Below, piece after piece: positions 1-14,726 of a stretch of DNA of 64,000 bases. A program made the translations under genes and the position numbers. This DNA is from Cirrosporium novae-zelandiae (lineage: Eukaryota), in assembly GCA_026023565.1 (NCBI GenBank), contig JAPETS010000056.1, positions 1 through 64,000 of the forward strand, written 5' to 3'. How positions within the stretch are numbered: the first letter of the stretch is position 1; the number at the start of each line of letters is the position of its first letter. A model generated the notes under the pieces. That model was not told where the DNA came from and ran no database searches. It saw only the letters and a list, made by a program, of their open reading frames with translations.

Positions 1-148
1 GTTGGTACCTTGGTTGGTACCTTGGTTGGTACCTTGGTTGGTACCTTGGTTGGTACCTTGGTTGGTACCTTGGTTGGTACCTTGGTTGGTACCTTGGTTG
101 GTACCTTGGTTGGTACCTTGGTTGGTACCTTGGTTGGTAACTTGGTTG
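1..148. repeat. 12-bp minisatellite (GTTGGTACCTTG)n, about 12 copies, probably continuing left of the window
   Basis: 11 perfect units at 1-132, then a variant unit GTTGGTAACTTG. This repeat generates the VPWL/VGTL ORFs. Confidence 0.95.
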
Positions 149-998
149 TTATGCAGTGGCGCAGCAGACGAGTCGGACGAATCAGACGGATCAGACGAAG
201 ATGAAGACGAGCCAAGTGCCAAAGATGGAAACGGTCAAGGTAGATTTAACCAAATTGAGTAAACTAGGTCTCAATTAATTAAGCATTTTGGATTATTTAC
301 ACAGTCGGTGGCTAGTTGGTTGTTTTTTTGATATAAGAAGTTAGAAGTTGTCTGAGATGGTTCTATTATTATTATATGATTCAGACAGATGTATACCACA
401 GTGTAGTATAGTATAGTATAGGCATAGTATAGTATAGTATAGTAGAAACCACACTAATAGACTCCCAGGGAAACATGACATGCCTGGAGAGCATTATGTG
501 TGTGGTTTGGTTTGGCATGCAATGGCTTTCAACATGTTGTGTCCTTGCAGCAGGAAAAGTATACAAGACAGGACTTCAAAGGTCCTTGAATTTCCCAGAG
601 ATGGCAGGAGAGCAACCAAGTAATCTGTACTTGTAGATAATGCCGTGCCTCGCTAATGCAGCCCCCATGTAAACAGATGTTCACAGCCAAGAAAAACGTC
701 CGAACTAAGTGGGAAAAGGCTGAGATCCCAAAAGTCCCCCAATCCCGCATTGGTTCAAACAATCCACAATATCTTACCAGCTGTTTATTGCTCTCCCAGC
801 TAACTTACTTCAAATAGTCCTTCCATTCCTCCAAAAATCTTCCTACTTCTCTTCTCTTCTTCTCTAGATCTTCATTCAGTACCTTCGTTTCGTCTCTGTC
901 AACCTGTCGCTTCCCTTCAGGATTCATTTCATAACACCCCAATCTAATCTGATACCCCTCCACTTATCGAGCTGTCTCACCGCTCCAGCTAAACAAAC

Positions 999-3338
<2,340 letters not shown>

Positions 3339-4147
3339 AAGCACACACCACGGGCGTTGTTGCAGTTGGTTGTGGGAATTTGTGATCCCGGTTTTCGCTG
3401 GTGTTTTGCTGTGTGGTGGTGTGGGTATGACAAAAAAACGGACATTCATGAAATCTCACGGTTGGTTTGCAAAGCATGTTTGGAGGATATGGATGGATGG
3501 ATGGATGCTGGAATGAATGGATGGAGAATAGGGGTGGGGGGTTCCTTTTTTTTATTAAGCGATATATTTTTTTAAGAAATCGCTCTTCTTTTAGTTTACT
3601 GTTACTGGTACTGGTACTGTTCCACTAGGCGTGGGCAGCGAGCGCTCTTCCGATAGGCATTTATGTTAACGACTGTAACTACACTTAAAACGAGTAGAGT
3701 AGAAGTATGAACCAAGAAGACAAAAAATCTCAAAATGCCGACCCAGACCTAAAATCTCCTTTGGTCAACTTTTCGGAGGTAAGAAAGATAATCGGCGTTC
3801 CTATCATATACCTAAATCTTAAAACCAAGTAAGATCATCTTATGTATTTGATATTATCCTTAGAATTTGTAATATAGATAGATATACTACCATTCCATCA
3901 GATCTATCGAATCTTTCTTCTTCCTCAAAATCAAATTTTTATTCTATTCATATCATATCATATCGTTGTCATCATCGTCGTTATCACCCTCTCTCCCTTC
4001 TCTCTCCTCACTTTCACTCTTAGCTCTATCCTCCCAAAACTAATAACAACCTTCTAAACATCACCATCGCCATCGCCATCATCAAACCAAGCTAAGTTTC
4101 CCACCAGTCGAGTACCGTACGTACATACGTACGTATCAAGCCGTCTT

Positions 4148-4236
4148 CTTCTTCCTCGTATCTTTTTCTTCCTCGTATCTTTTTCTTCCTCGTATCTTTT
4201 TCTTTCTCGTATCTTTTTCTTCTCGGACTCTTTTTT
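4148..4236. repeat. Degenerate tandem repeat of about 17 nt (CTTCCTCGTATCTTTTT), 4-5 copies
   Basis: Directly visible between the convergent GFA1 and histidine kinase genes. Confidence 0.8.
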
Positions 4237-4487
4237 CTATCTATCTCCTTCCTTCTCTATCCTAAGCCCGAAATCTTAAAAAAATAATTTCATGCATCGA
4301 TTCGCAATGATGTGATGTGGTGGTAATAATAATTGTGGTAATAATTGCAATAATATTAGCCTTATTTTGAACGCCACGCTCGATAGATTGAATTCAGTTG
4401 AGGGGTATTAAGTATAGTTGGTACGTAAGTAGAACGACGGTCAGTCATGAACCTTAGTAAGGCTCCCGAACGGACCGTCACGCCGCG

Positions 4488-7284
4488 TCATGGGGGTTCG
4501 GGCTCCACAGCTATCGCCGTCGCCGTCGCTTGCCTCTCCTTCTCCTCGTGAAACCTTACGATAAAGTCCCTCAGTGCTTCTTTATTATAAGGTTTGGTTA
4601 GAAACCCTTTTGCCCCTTTTTCTCGGGCCTTGTTCATAGCCTCCAATGTCGCGTCCGCACTTACAGCTAACACCGTGACAGATTTTCCCTCCCGCCGCGC
4701 AATCTCCAGTACCTCGGTCGTGGCGTCGTAGCCATCCATTTCTGGCATCCATAGATCCATCAACACGACGTCGATGGTGCGTTGACCAGGGAGGAATGAC
4801 TTTTCCATTTGTGCCACAGCTTCTGTTCCGTTGAAGGCTTCGTACATATGTGCGTAGCCAAGGGACTTAAGCATTTGAGAGAGGATGCGTCGGAGGAGGT
4901 AGTCATCTTCGGCAATGAGGAAGGTGAGAGGGTATTTACTTGCAAGGGTGGTGTCGGTAGGGTTTAAAGCGGAAGTAGGGTTGGTACGGGAAACTGGGGA
5001 CGGTTGCCGAATAGTTAGGGAGGTAGTGGGATGGGGATGGATTGAAGTTGCTGAAGCGATATTTGAGGGAGCAAAAATACTTCTGGTGTTGTATTTTTCA
5101 TCTGAAAATATTGAGATTCTGCTTTGAGGTGAAAATTTCGTGGTGGAGTAGAGTTTTGGTCCGGAAAGAGATGTTTCAGGAGGGCCAGGGGAGTTGGATC
5201 TGGTACTCGACGAGTCTGGCGGCAATATTGGTACGCGAGCCTCAAATACAGAACCGTGGTTGGGACCATGAATTTCGGAATGCAATAACTTTAAGTCTCC
5301 ACCTAGTTTCCTTGCCAACCTTTTCGCAACCATCAAACCTAGACCAAGTCCTTCCTTTGAGCGTGTGATGGATATATCTCCTTGGATAATGGAATTAAAG
5401 AGCTTCGGACGGAGACTATCAGAAATGCCTGCACCGGTATCTTTTATTGTGATGATGATATTTTCCGCCTGGGAGCTTTTCCGAGCCGAAAGAATGATTG
5501 TACCGCCTTCTGTAAACTTGACTGCATTGCGAAATATGCGATCAATGATCCTGGTTAAGGCATCCTCATCGACTACCTCACAGTTAGCCAAGACCAAAAA
5601 GATATAGGGTTTCGATGCCCATACTTGAGAAGGTTATAGGAACCGAAGGATCCACAGACCATTCGATTATTTTGTCAAAAGCTTGTCCATTTTTGCCCTT
5701 CGATCGGACTTTGATACTCTGACCTAAAGGCGTATCCCGAGGATCCACTGAATCAGGACGTCCACCAACCATCAAAGCTTCGTGAACAATTATAGGCAAT
5801 AGATTTCGCAGATTTGTATAATCCGCTCCACGACTTGACGATGGTTCGGTTATATAAGAGGACGACCGCTCTGCAATAACTGGTCGTTCAGTTGGCTTTG
5901 CTGGAGTGGATCTCTCCTCCGACTTCCTTCTCAAAGATACTTTGGGACCGTGGCTGTCTCGGACAATGGATCTTAAAACTTCATGGTGATGGGACCCAGT
6001 GCTTTGGAGTGATGACTGGATTGCACGGTGCTTAAAAGGAGGTCTAATTGATCTCTCTCCAGAGCTGCTTCGGCGTCTTTTATGTGGATTATCGATAGGT
6101 TGCTTGCCCTCGAGCAGAATGTTTTGTCTCTTGTTTCCTAGAGAACTGGGGAAATAGCCTTCTGTAGATTCATCATCTTTCATCCCATCTGGCGTATCAG
6201 GTATTTGCATGCCAAGATCACACGCGTGAACTACATTATCAGCTGCTTCAACCACTCGTCTAGAGCTGTCTAGATACAATTGAATCAGTATTTACAATTC
6301 TCTAATTCTCTTTGAGCCGGCATACGACATACCTTCCATGGCTTCAAGACCTTCTCGAAATGTCTCAGCAACCTCTCGCAGATATGTATCTGGACTATCT
6401 TTGACCTTCTCGTGGAAATGTTGAACCGTAGCTTGCAACACGCTCAACATGCCTACTATGCCTTGCATTGGTGTACGTAGTTCATGATACAAACTGCGTG
6501 CATATGGCTTGATGGTCTGCAAGGTAGTAACGGCTTCCTGGGGAATCACATACGGTGATTTTACTAGTGATGTAGGCCTTGCGAACCCTTGGCCTTGTAC
6601 CAACCGTTCGAGGATGAGATCTTCCAAAGAATGTAACATCATCTCCAGAAATCCCCAGCCAAAAGTTAGTTGCTCCAAACCTTTGGCACCCCACATTATA
6701 CCAAAGTGAGACAAACACTTTCCTTCGGAGAAAAGCGGCACACCAAGATAAGCCTCACCAGCAATGGGAAGCTTATTTGGATTGTCCATGATGAACGAGT
6801 TCAGTTTTTCTGGGATGAGAAAGGTCTTGTCGTGGCGCATATGAGCACATGGACACCCCCAGGCGAGATACTTATAATCCCGGTGCATGTCCTTGATCTC
6901 TCCTCCGTCGTTGTAGTAGAATGCAACGCCCATCAAGCACGATCCCTCCTGGCCAATCGGTGGCATCTCCACTGCTGCATTCTGATTATCCACCAGAATT
7001 CTTTTGGCAACAAAACCATATTGCGCTGATGTAATTGTCGTCATGCCTTCCATAAGTAATTTCCAGAATTCCTCGGCCTCGGCACCCTTCAACTTAGCCT
7101 TCAGTGTGATCAACTGTTCAAGAGCACTGCTTTCATCCGCAGGAAAGTGGCGAGCGAGCTTTTCTCCGAAGCCATCGTCTCCCTTGTGGAGTGTGATACC
7201 TGGCTGGTCACTGGCAAGGCATATAGTGGCCCTATCAACTAACTGGGGCAGCGGCCGAGGCGAGCTAGAACTTCTCCCGACCAT
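4488..7284 (-). CDS. Hybrid sensor histidine kinase (GAF-like, HisKA, HATPase_c, receiver)
   Basis: Exons 7284-6333, 6269-5625, 5572-4488. H-box HELRTPMQG, N-box FRNAVKFT, G1 DTGAGI, G2 GLGLGL, receiver AEDD..MDLWMPEMDG..TKP. Confidence 0.93.
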
Positions 7285-8300
7285 GGTGTTTGATTTGATT
7301 TGATGTTTTGCAAGTTCATGGCATCGAATGGGGCGAGACGGTCTAGCAGACTTATAAAGGCAAATTTTCAAGTTGGCAACAATATCAAAGGCTGATCAAG
7401 GCCCAAAGAGGATTGACGATCCCAGTCAGTGGAAAGACTGGGGGAGGGGGGGCAAATACTGGGAGTGATTTTCCCGAGGACAAGTTAGAATTGTGGTCAC
7501 GGCGGCGCCGTTGACGGACCGGGTCTCACGCAATTGATGCAAATCAAAAAGAGAGATGGATGATGAAGACGGTTAATTTGCTAATTTAGAGAGAAAGAAT
7601 GGCGGGAAGGTGCAGGACTGATGTCAGTTGAGATATGGTCATGGCTCAACAAGCTTAACTGGTCGAGGATGACTCGCTTGGCGACTGGGGGAACAAAACG
7701 GGATAATCAAAAAGAGAGAGAGAGGAGAGTGCAGACGAAAGGATTTTTTTGGCTTAGGGTCCCCTTCTCGGCGGTCAATGGGTTATTGGTGTGAACAAAG
7801 TAGGAGGAGGAGGGGAAGAAGCAGGAGGAGAGCTGAGAAGTTGATGGCGGCCAGAAATCCAGAAATGGTAAGAAATGATGATCAGCGAATTAGCGACCTT
7901 AAAGCTCCGTGGGCTCCTTTGGATTTTTTAAACATAGGCGATCAGTTACCACATCTGATAAATGTATAAGTTGGTTTTTTTTTAATACTTTGAGTACCTT
8001 TTTTTTGACCCTGAGGATCTTGACTTATACCATCTAAAAAAAAGAGCTTTTGTCCAGCACTAGATTAAGTGTAAGATTTCCTTTCTCCACCACCATGCAC
8101 TTGCACCTTTCTGGTCTGGGCTATTTACGGAAAAGATAGATAATAGGAATAGATCTGCTAACAAGAAGAGAACAGAGTTGAGCTGCTAAAGCTAAGAGAA
8201 AGAAGAGGATGTTTCGGGGAATAACGAAAGATGAAATCGGGGATTAACGTATAGATTATTGTGGAGTTTAGAGTATTTGGGGGTGTAATTGGGGGTATTT

Positions 8301-8340
8301 GGGGTAATTGGGTAATTGGGTAATTGGGTAATTGGGTATT
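8301..8340. repeat. 8-bp tandem repeat (GGGTAATT)n
   Basis: About 4-5 copies directly visible. Confidence 0.8.
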
Positions 8341-8819
8341 TGTCAGAAGACACACACAAGACAGAAGAGACGTGAGAGGGTGGTCATGACTGTAACTGGA
8401 CCTGTACCGGTAGCCGTGACCACAACCATCCATGACTATCCATGACCATGACCGTGATCATTTTTCTTATTTTCTTTAGGGCAAGCACCAAACAGCGGCA
8501 AGGAAGCCGAAAATGCTTAAGCTTTAGGGGTGTTACTTTCCAGCCTGGACCCTCCAAGCCACCTTTTGTGCAGGCTTGTCAGGGCACGTTCAAATTAATT
8601 GAATGGAGATGCCGATAAGACACACACATACACTAATTATCTGGAATATCTGGAATACTCTGAACAATGTATACAGTGCATCGGTAGAGTGATGTCAATG
8701 GAATGTGGTTTCTGTGGAAAAAATAAAAAAGGGGGGATAGAGGTAAAAAAAAAAGGGAAAACACATGGTCAGAACCAGACTGGAAATGGATGAAGCGATC
8801 GATCAATGTACAGTACAGT

Positions 8820-8914
8820 TAATAATAATAATAATAATAATAATGATGTATGGAAGCGGATCAGACCAGGAACCCAGTAAAGTCCTAATAGTTACCAAGT
8901 ACTAAAATAATATG

Positions 8915-8942
<28 letters not shown>
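8820..8942. repeat. Microsatellites (TAA)8 at 8820-8843 and about (CT)14 at 8915-8942
   Basis: Directly visible. Confidence 0.85.
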
Positions 8943-8945
<3 letters not shown>

Positions 8946-9971
8946 ACTGTCTCTGTTTCCATTTCCATCTCTGTCTCTCTCGACAACTCTACCTTGATTG
9001 ATAGCTTGTCAACACGAGGCCGAGGATGAAAAGAATGCGAATCCATTGGTGTGGTACATACGATGTACGGGTATTGAAGATGTTGGTACTTGTTATTTGG
9101 AAATCATCGTTAGTAGGTGAGAGTTGAAATACGGTTATTTGTGTACACAGTACCTGGGTGTAATTCTCTGTATGGGTATTCGCGGTATCCACAATCCACA
9201 GTTATCCACCATAGATAGATCAATGGGAAATACTTTCTTGGATCACTACTTGGCTCATGCTTGATAGAATAACAATCTAGAACATCTAGATTCCTATAGA
9301 ATCCAAAAAGCCAAGCCAGACGTCTCAATCCTGTTATCCGCTTTCGAAAGTCCCGCATTCTTTGATTCTTTGGCTGCCGTGTATTATTTCTAGGAAAATC
9401 TTCTAGGAAATCATCTCCGTAACCCGTTACACACTCAACATGTAGAGTTAGTTGGGGAACTCAAATAGGAGCCATCTGGGACATTCCATCAGATATCTAT
9501 CGAAATGAGAAGGGCATGTTTCCACGTTACACATGACATTCATCCACCATGAATCATTATTTGCCTAAAGGTTACAGCTATGATGCACATTTGTTTCACG
9601 CCTCTTAGGGAAGCCTCCTACGTCGAGACCCTTCATTCTCCACCCTGCCCAGTTATCTTCATCAGATCCCTGGAGGCCCCGAGGGACACTTTCGTAATCC
9701 CGCAAATTTCCACCGTCGATCCACTTTCCTCCCCCCATAATCTAGAACAACGCCACAAATGACAACCTACAACCAGTTCCATTGTGTCTCGACCAGCTTT
9801 TATTCCTTCCTGACCCAACCTGTCGGGTTATACTCTACATCATCATACATTCTTCCTTCACCTTCCATGTCCACTATTACGCACAATTACGCAAAGCAAA
9901 GAAAAAAAATAAAAAATAAAAATAAAACTACATCAATGGCGAATTGAGAAACCCCATTCACCTACTCAACC

Positions 9972-11898
9972 TCATCTAGGTTGTTTCTCCCATATTAATA
10001 ATATGGTAAGGAACCCTGCAATGGTGAAGTATAGCATAGTTTTCATCTCTTTATTATACCCAGCCCCGAAAACACATCTTACTTCTTGTTGTATCCCTTG
10101 GTCTAGATCGAGGATTGCACTGGTGGACTCAAAAACATCTTGGATTTGCGCCCGTGTTAAGATGGGTCCTATATCAGATTTGAGATGATTGTTGAGAATC
10201 GTGGAGCAAATGGCCAGGCTGACAGTCCCCCCAAGCACTCGAATCTGAGTTAAAGCGCCCATAGTAACCGCTAAACAAAATCCACATCAGCACACGCATA
10301 TACAATCGAATGTTCTCAGTACGTACCCAGATCCCTCTTTTCGGCAACCAAGGGCGCCATTATCAGTAATGTGCCTAACCCTAACCCAAACCCGACCCCT
10401 AAAATAATTTCGTAGCCATACTGGGCGGCTTGAATGCTCTCGCTTGTGGACAGCGTACCTATCAAGCCCACTCCAACGACCTGAAGTGAACATGCAATGA
10501 GCAAAGGGAGGAAAGGAGGGACCCTGAACTTGGTGACAACTAAACCAGATAAAGCTGACGCAAACGGCGAACACAGAAGGATAGGAAGCAATCGGAACCC
10601 TGCACCTGATGGGGACGTGCGATTTACGGCTTGAAAACGTTGGGGTAGATTGATGATAGCAGCCATGAAGGGGAACCCTGTGAAGAATCCATTCAGAAGC
10701 ATTCCAGCAAGGATGCGGTGACGCAAGAGGCGCCAGGGGAAGATAGGTTCTTGAACGCCCTTTTCCAATATTCTCTCCCAGGCCAAAAAAGCAACCCAGA
10801 GAACTCCTGAAAGAACCAAGGAGCAAACAATGACTGCACTGCTCCAGCCATACTTGGTGCCTCCTTGCTCTAATGCGAAAACCGATAAAATGGAGGCAGC
10901 AAGGCTAAGAAATGCGCCAAGAAGATCTAGCCTTTTCAACGCGTCTCTAGAAAATATTTGTCTAAATTTCCGGCGACGAGGTAGTGATCCATAAGGAAAA
11001 TTCGATGGTAAGCCAAAAGTGAGAAGGGAAATTGTAACTACCCCAGCAGGTGCGCTGTTGAAAATTTGTTATTCAAAAAGATTTCAATGCAAAGTGTGGA
11101 AACATATTTGAGCAGAAACACCCATCTCCATGTTGAATGATCGTTAATTGCACCACCAAGGATTGGTCCCAGACATGAACTGATGACAAATACCGATGAA
11201 ACTACCCCCATATAAAGAGCGTACTTTTCCATTGGGACCATGTCGGGTGCGATAACTGTTACCTGAAAGTTAATCAGACTATGCGATACGCCAGGGGATC
11301 AAATACCGACAATTGAATATATTCCAGAACCACCGATACCTTGAAAGGATCGAAAAATGATTAGTTGTAACATCGTCTGCGATACCCCGCATATAATTGA
11401 AAAAGCAGTAAAGGTAGCGATTGCTAACAGGATCAATAGTTTGCGACCAAATATGTCACTGAATTTGGCATAGATGATTAGAAAGCCAGTATACGTGAGT
11501 AAATATGAAGTGACAATCCATCCGCTCTGCTCGAAATTTCTCAAAGAGTTGGAGATAGACGTCAACGAGGTGCTGACAATTGTTGTTTCCAATGTGGAGA
11601 GCAGAAGACTCAAACACAAAGCGAACGTAAGAAGATGTAGTCGCCAGCCGGTCATATAGACCTTTGGTGGCCCTTCGTTCTGGTCACGGTTTACTTCTTC
11701 AGATTCCATCTGAGAAGTGGATATCTGCATCTCGTTATTGGTTTCTTTAGCTGGTTTCCTATCCATTTCTCTATCCTGGGATTCATGTTTGGGTACTATG
11801 GATATGTCTATGGCTGGAGTTGGTATACCATTATTTATTGTTTTTGGCGCTTCTTCATGGATAGTCACTAGCGCGGTTGCGCTGTGTTCTGTTTCCAT
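9972..11898 (-). CDS. MFS drug:H+ antiporter (DHA2-like); intron 2 has a non-canonical AT donor, so the allele may be non-functional
   Basis: Exons 11898-11311, 11262-11108, 11054-10327, 10270-9972. Motifs LETTIVSTSL, FSDIFGRK, FRSFQGIGGSG, GPILGGAI..WRWVFLLN, LPQRFQAVN. Confidence 0.88.
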
Positions 11899-12453
11899 AT
11901 CTATAAATTCCTTAGAAGTCTCATACAAACGTTCAAGAAGTTACTATCGGAAAACTTTTGCTAAATCAATTGAGGATCTAGGCTAGAGGGGAGACGTGGA
12001 GTTCTAAAATATAAATTTTAAGAAGTTGTACTAGAAAAGGACGGTGAAGTTGAAGATATACCTTAAAATGAGCATCAGCGGACGAATAAATAACTGGATA
12101 CAAAATAACAATAGCGAAAACATTGAATACTTCTAATCCCAAGGGGATTGAATCTAGAGCTAATTTTAACAAAAATGATAGCTGTCCTTTTGGCAACCTG
12201 GCAGAATACTTGTAGGAACATTAGAAAACTGTCTCTTGGGGGGCCACCGGATTTAAGCCGGATTTGACTGGACGGCACGAGACAGGAAGATTCACCAACG
12301 GAAAAACTTAACTCCCCACCAGAAAGAAAGGAAAGTGTTCGTCATAGACAAGCACACAAGGCATCACTTTGAACCCTCAGGATTATTCGACACCCATTTT
12401 TTTGACTTTGTGACTGATATACGTCGCAATCTCCTCATCATGAGTTGGAAAAC

Positions 12454-14726
12454 ATGAGCCTGCAAATATGGCGCTCAGGACGCGCTAGCTCCTTGTTACC
12501 TGCCAGTCGACTCTTTGCTGGCACCGCTTTGCGGCATTCAAATGTGCTTGAAATGCTAATTACCACTTCGATAAAAAGGACTATATTGCAAACAGCTTCG
12601 AGCTCTAGGTATTTGAGCACTGCCAGTCGAACTCGGCTCTTTTCCCAGCAAACCGGTCCCTCGTCTTTCTTGACTGGATCAAATATTCTGTTTAGAGGAG
12701 GGCCTCGGCTATCCATATTCAACTTTTCACAATCGAGTCGGTGTGGAAATGAAAGATTTTTGGTATATGGCAAACACACAATACACCAAGATTTCGGATC
12801 TTTGGCTAGATTTACTCAGATACAAAATGCATACTTTACGTCCCAAGCACGGGGAGAGATTAGAATAAACAAGAGAAACTACTCTACATCTAAGAATCGG
12901 AATACCGGAAAGACTACAAACAAGAAGCGTCAAGACGATGAGAACGCATTATCTCAAAAGGTGCAAGATCAAGCACCTAAAGCCGTTCCACAACTCCTTG
13001 CCAATAAACAATTGATAGATCGCCTATCTAAAGTACCCCATCTACATCGACCAACCAAGGAAGAGCTTTTAGTAGCTGCATCTGGATTCTGGTCAAGACT
13101 GATAGTTCGGTTTAAATGGTTCTCCATTCGAAGCGCTCGACCATTCAACGTAGATGAGATATGGGCATTGATTTCCTGGGTTCTGTTGGGTCATGTTATA
13201 TGGATTATCGTTGGGACTACAACATTCGTCTCTATCATTATTTTTGCTGTAAATACTGTTCTCGCTCAAGGTAAGCCATCAGGTCTCTGCTCATGAGCTG
13301 CGACTGACTGGTACTCAGAATCCCTAGCCAAGTGGGTGGGAAATTATCTTACAAAAAGTTCTGGTGTTAAGGTTGTTTTTGAATCTGCCGTTGTTCCAAA
13401 GTGGAAGGATGGAGTGATAACCCTCAGCAATGTCTTCGTGTCTCGGAGACCCGGTCAAGGCCAGCCTCATGTAACAAAAGGCTCACCTGAAATTGCAGCA
13501 GCTGTAGCAGCAGCCGCCAAACACTCGGAAAAGCCGGTTCAAACAGGAGACAGCCAAGAAGAGGAAGATGACTTGAATTATACTCAGTTCGACCTGTCGA
13601 TTCACACGGTCAATGTCACTCTTTCCTTCGCTAAATGGTTTAATGGCCATGGATTGCTGCGAGAGGTCGAAGTTAAGGGCGTTAGAGGTGTGGTTGATAG
13701 AACGAATGTGCACAGCACGAACGATGACCCGAAGAGCTTTCGTCATGAGTATAATCCAGGGGACTTTGAGATTGAGTCGTTCAAGCTCGAGGACCTTCTG
13801 GTGACAGTACATCAACCAAACAATTTCCGACCTTTTTCGGTCAGCATTTTCTCTTGCGACCTTCCACAGCTACGGAAGCAATGGCTATTCTACGATTTCC
13901 TTTCTGCTAATACCATGTCTGGTTCATTCGACAATTCATTGTTTACTATCCATCCCCGCCAGACCCACAGCTTTACTGGCGAGCAATTAGGTGAGAATGG
14001 GCAACCTAACCCATGGAAGAAACAGACCCGCCTTCGCATCGATAGCCTCAACGTTGACCATCTTAACACTGGCGTAGAAGGGCCATTCTCATGGATCCAC
14101 GAAGGCAATGTTGACATTGTGGCTGACGTTATGTTCCCCACGGATAATGACGAAAGTATTGTCAAACTAGTGGCCGATTTCTACGATCGACTTGAAACGA
14201 CCGTTGCATCTGCGGCTAGACGTAGATACCTCCAAAAAGAAACTATTAACAAGGAAGTGGAGTTGCCCGAAAACATTCAACCTGTGGCAAATGTGCCGGA
14301 AGAAGACAAGAAATTTGTTATCATGGACCTAAGAGTTCATCTCAATGACGTTCGCGCCGCAGTACCTATTTTCACCAGGGACATATCATATGTGAATAAT
14401 GCCCTTATCCGACCCATCGTTGCATATATCAACTCGAGAAGGACTTTTATCCCAATAAATTGTCGGATCGTTAAGCGACTAAGTGAGTTTGACGGTAGCT
14501 GGACCCTTTATGATAGTGGCTTGATGGATGATCTTTCGGCCGAGGTATAACTTCCCCTATGCTACTTTTAGAATTTCCACTAACCCTTTCCAAGACATAT
14601 GAGGCATTCGCGAAAGATGTCCTGGATGACCAAGCGCGAAGACGTCGCATTAAGAAGGTCGGACTATGGTCTTTGCAACTCGCTATCCACGCCTTTTTTC
14701 TCGGACTGGCAGGGAATTTTGCTTAG
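12454..14726 (+). CDS. MDM31: Mitochondrial distribution and morphology protein Mdm31/32 family (inner membrane)
   Basis: Exons 12454-13270, 13319-14544, 14595-14726. Arg/Ser-rich presequence, RFKWFSIRSARPF, GVKVVFESAVVPKW, YTQFDLSI, DLPQLRKQWLFYDF, ALIRPIVAYIN. Start codon uncertain. Confidence 0.92.

Noticed and set aside
2..262. ORFs of VPWL/VGTL repeats
   Set aside because: By-products of the 12-bp tandem repeat. The antisense TNQG frame has an upstream stop and no ATG or acceptor.
10375..10390. CCTAACCCTAACCC telomere or telomerase-template-like sequence
   Set aside because: Lies within the MFS coding sequence and encodes GLGLG.
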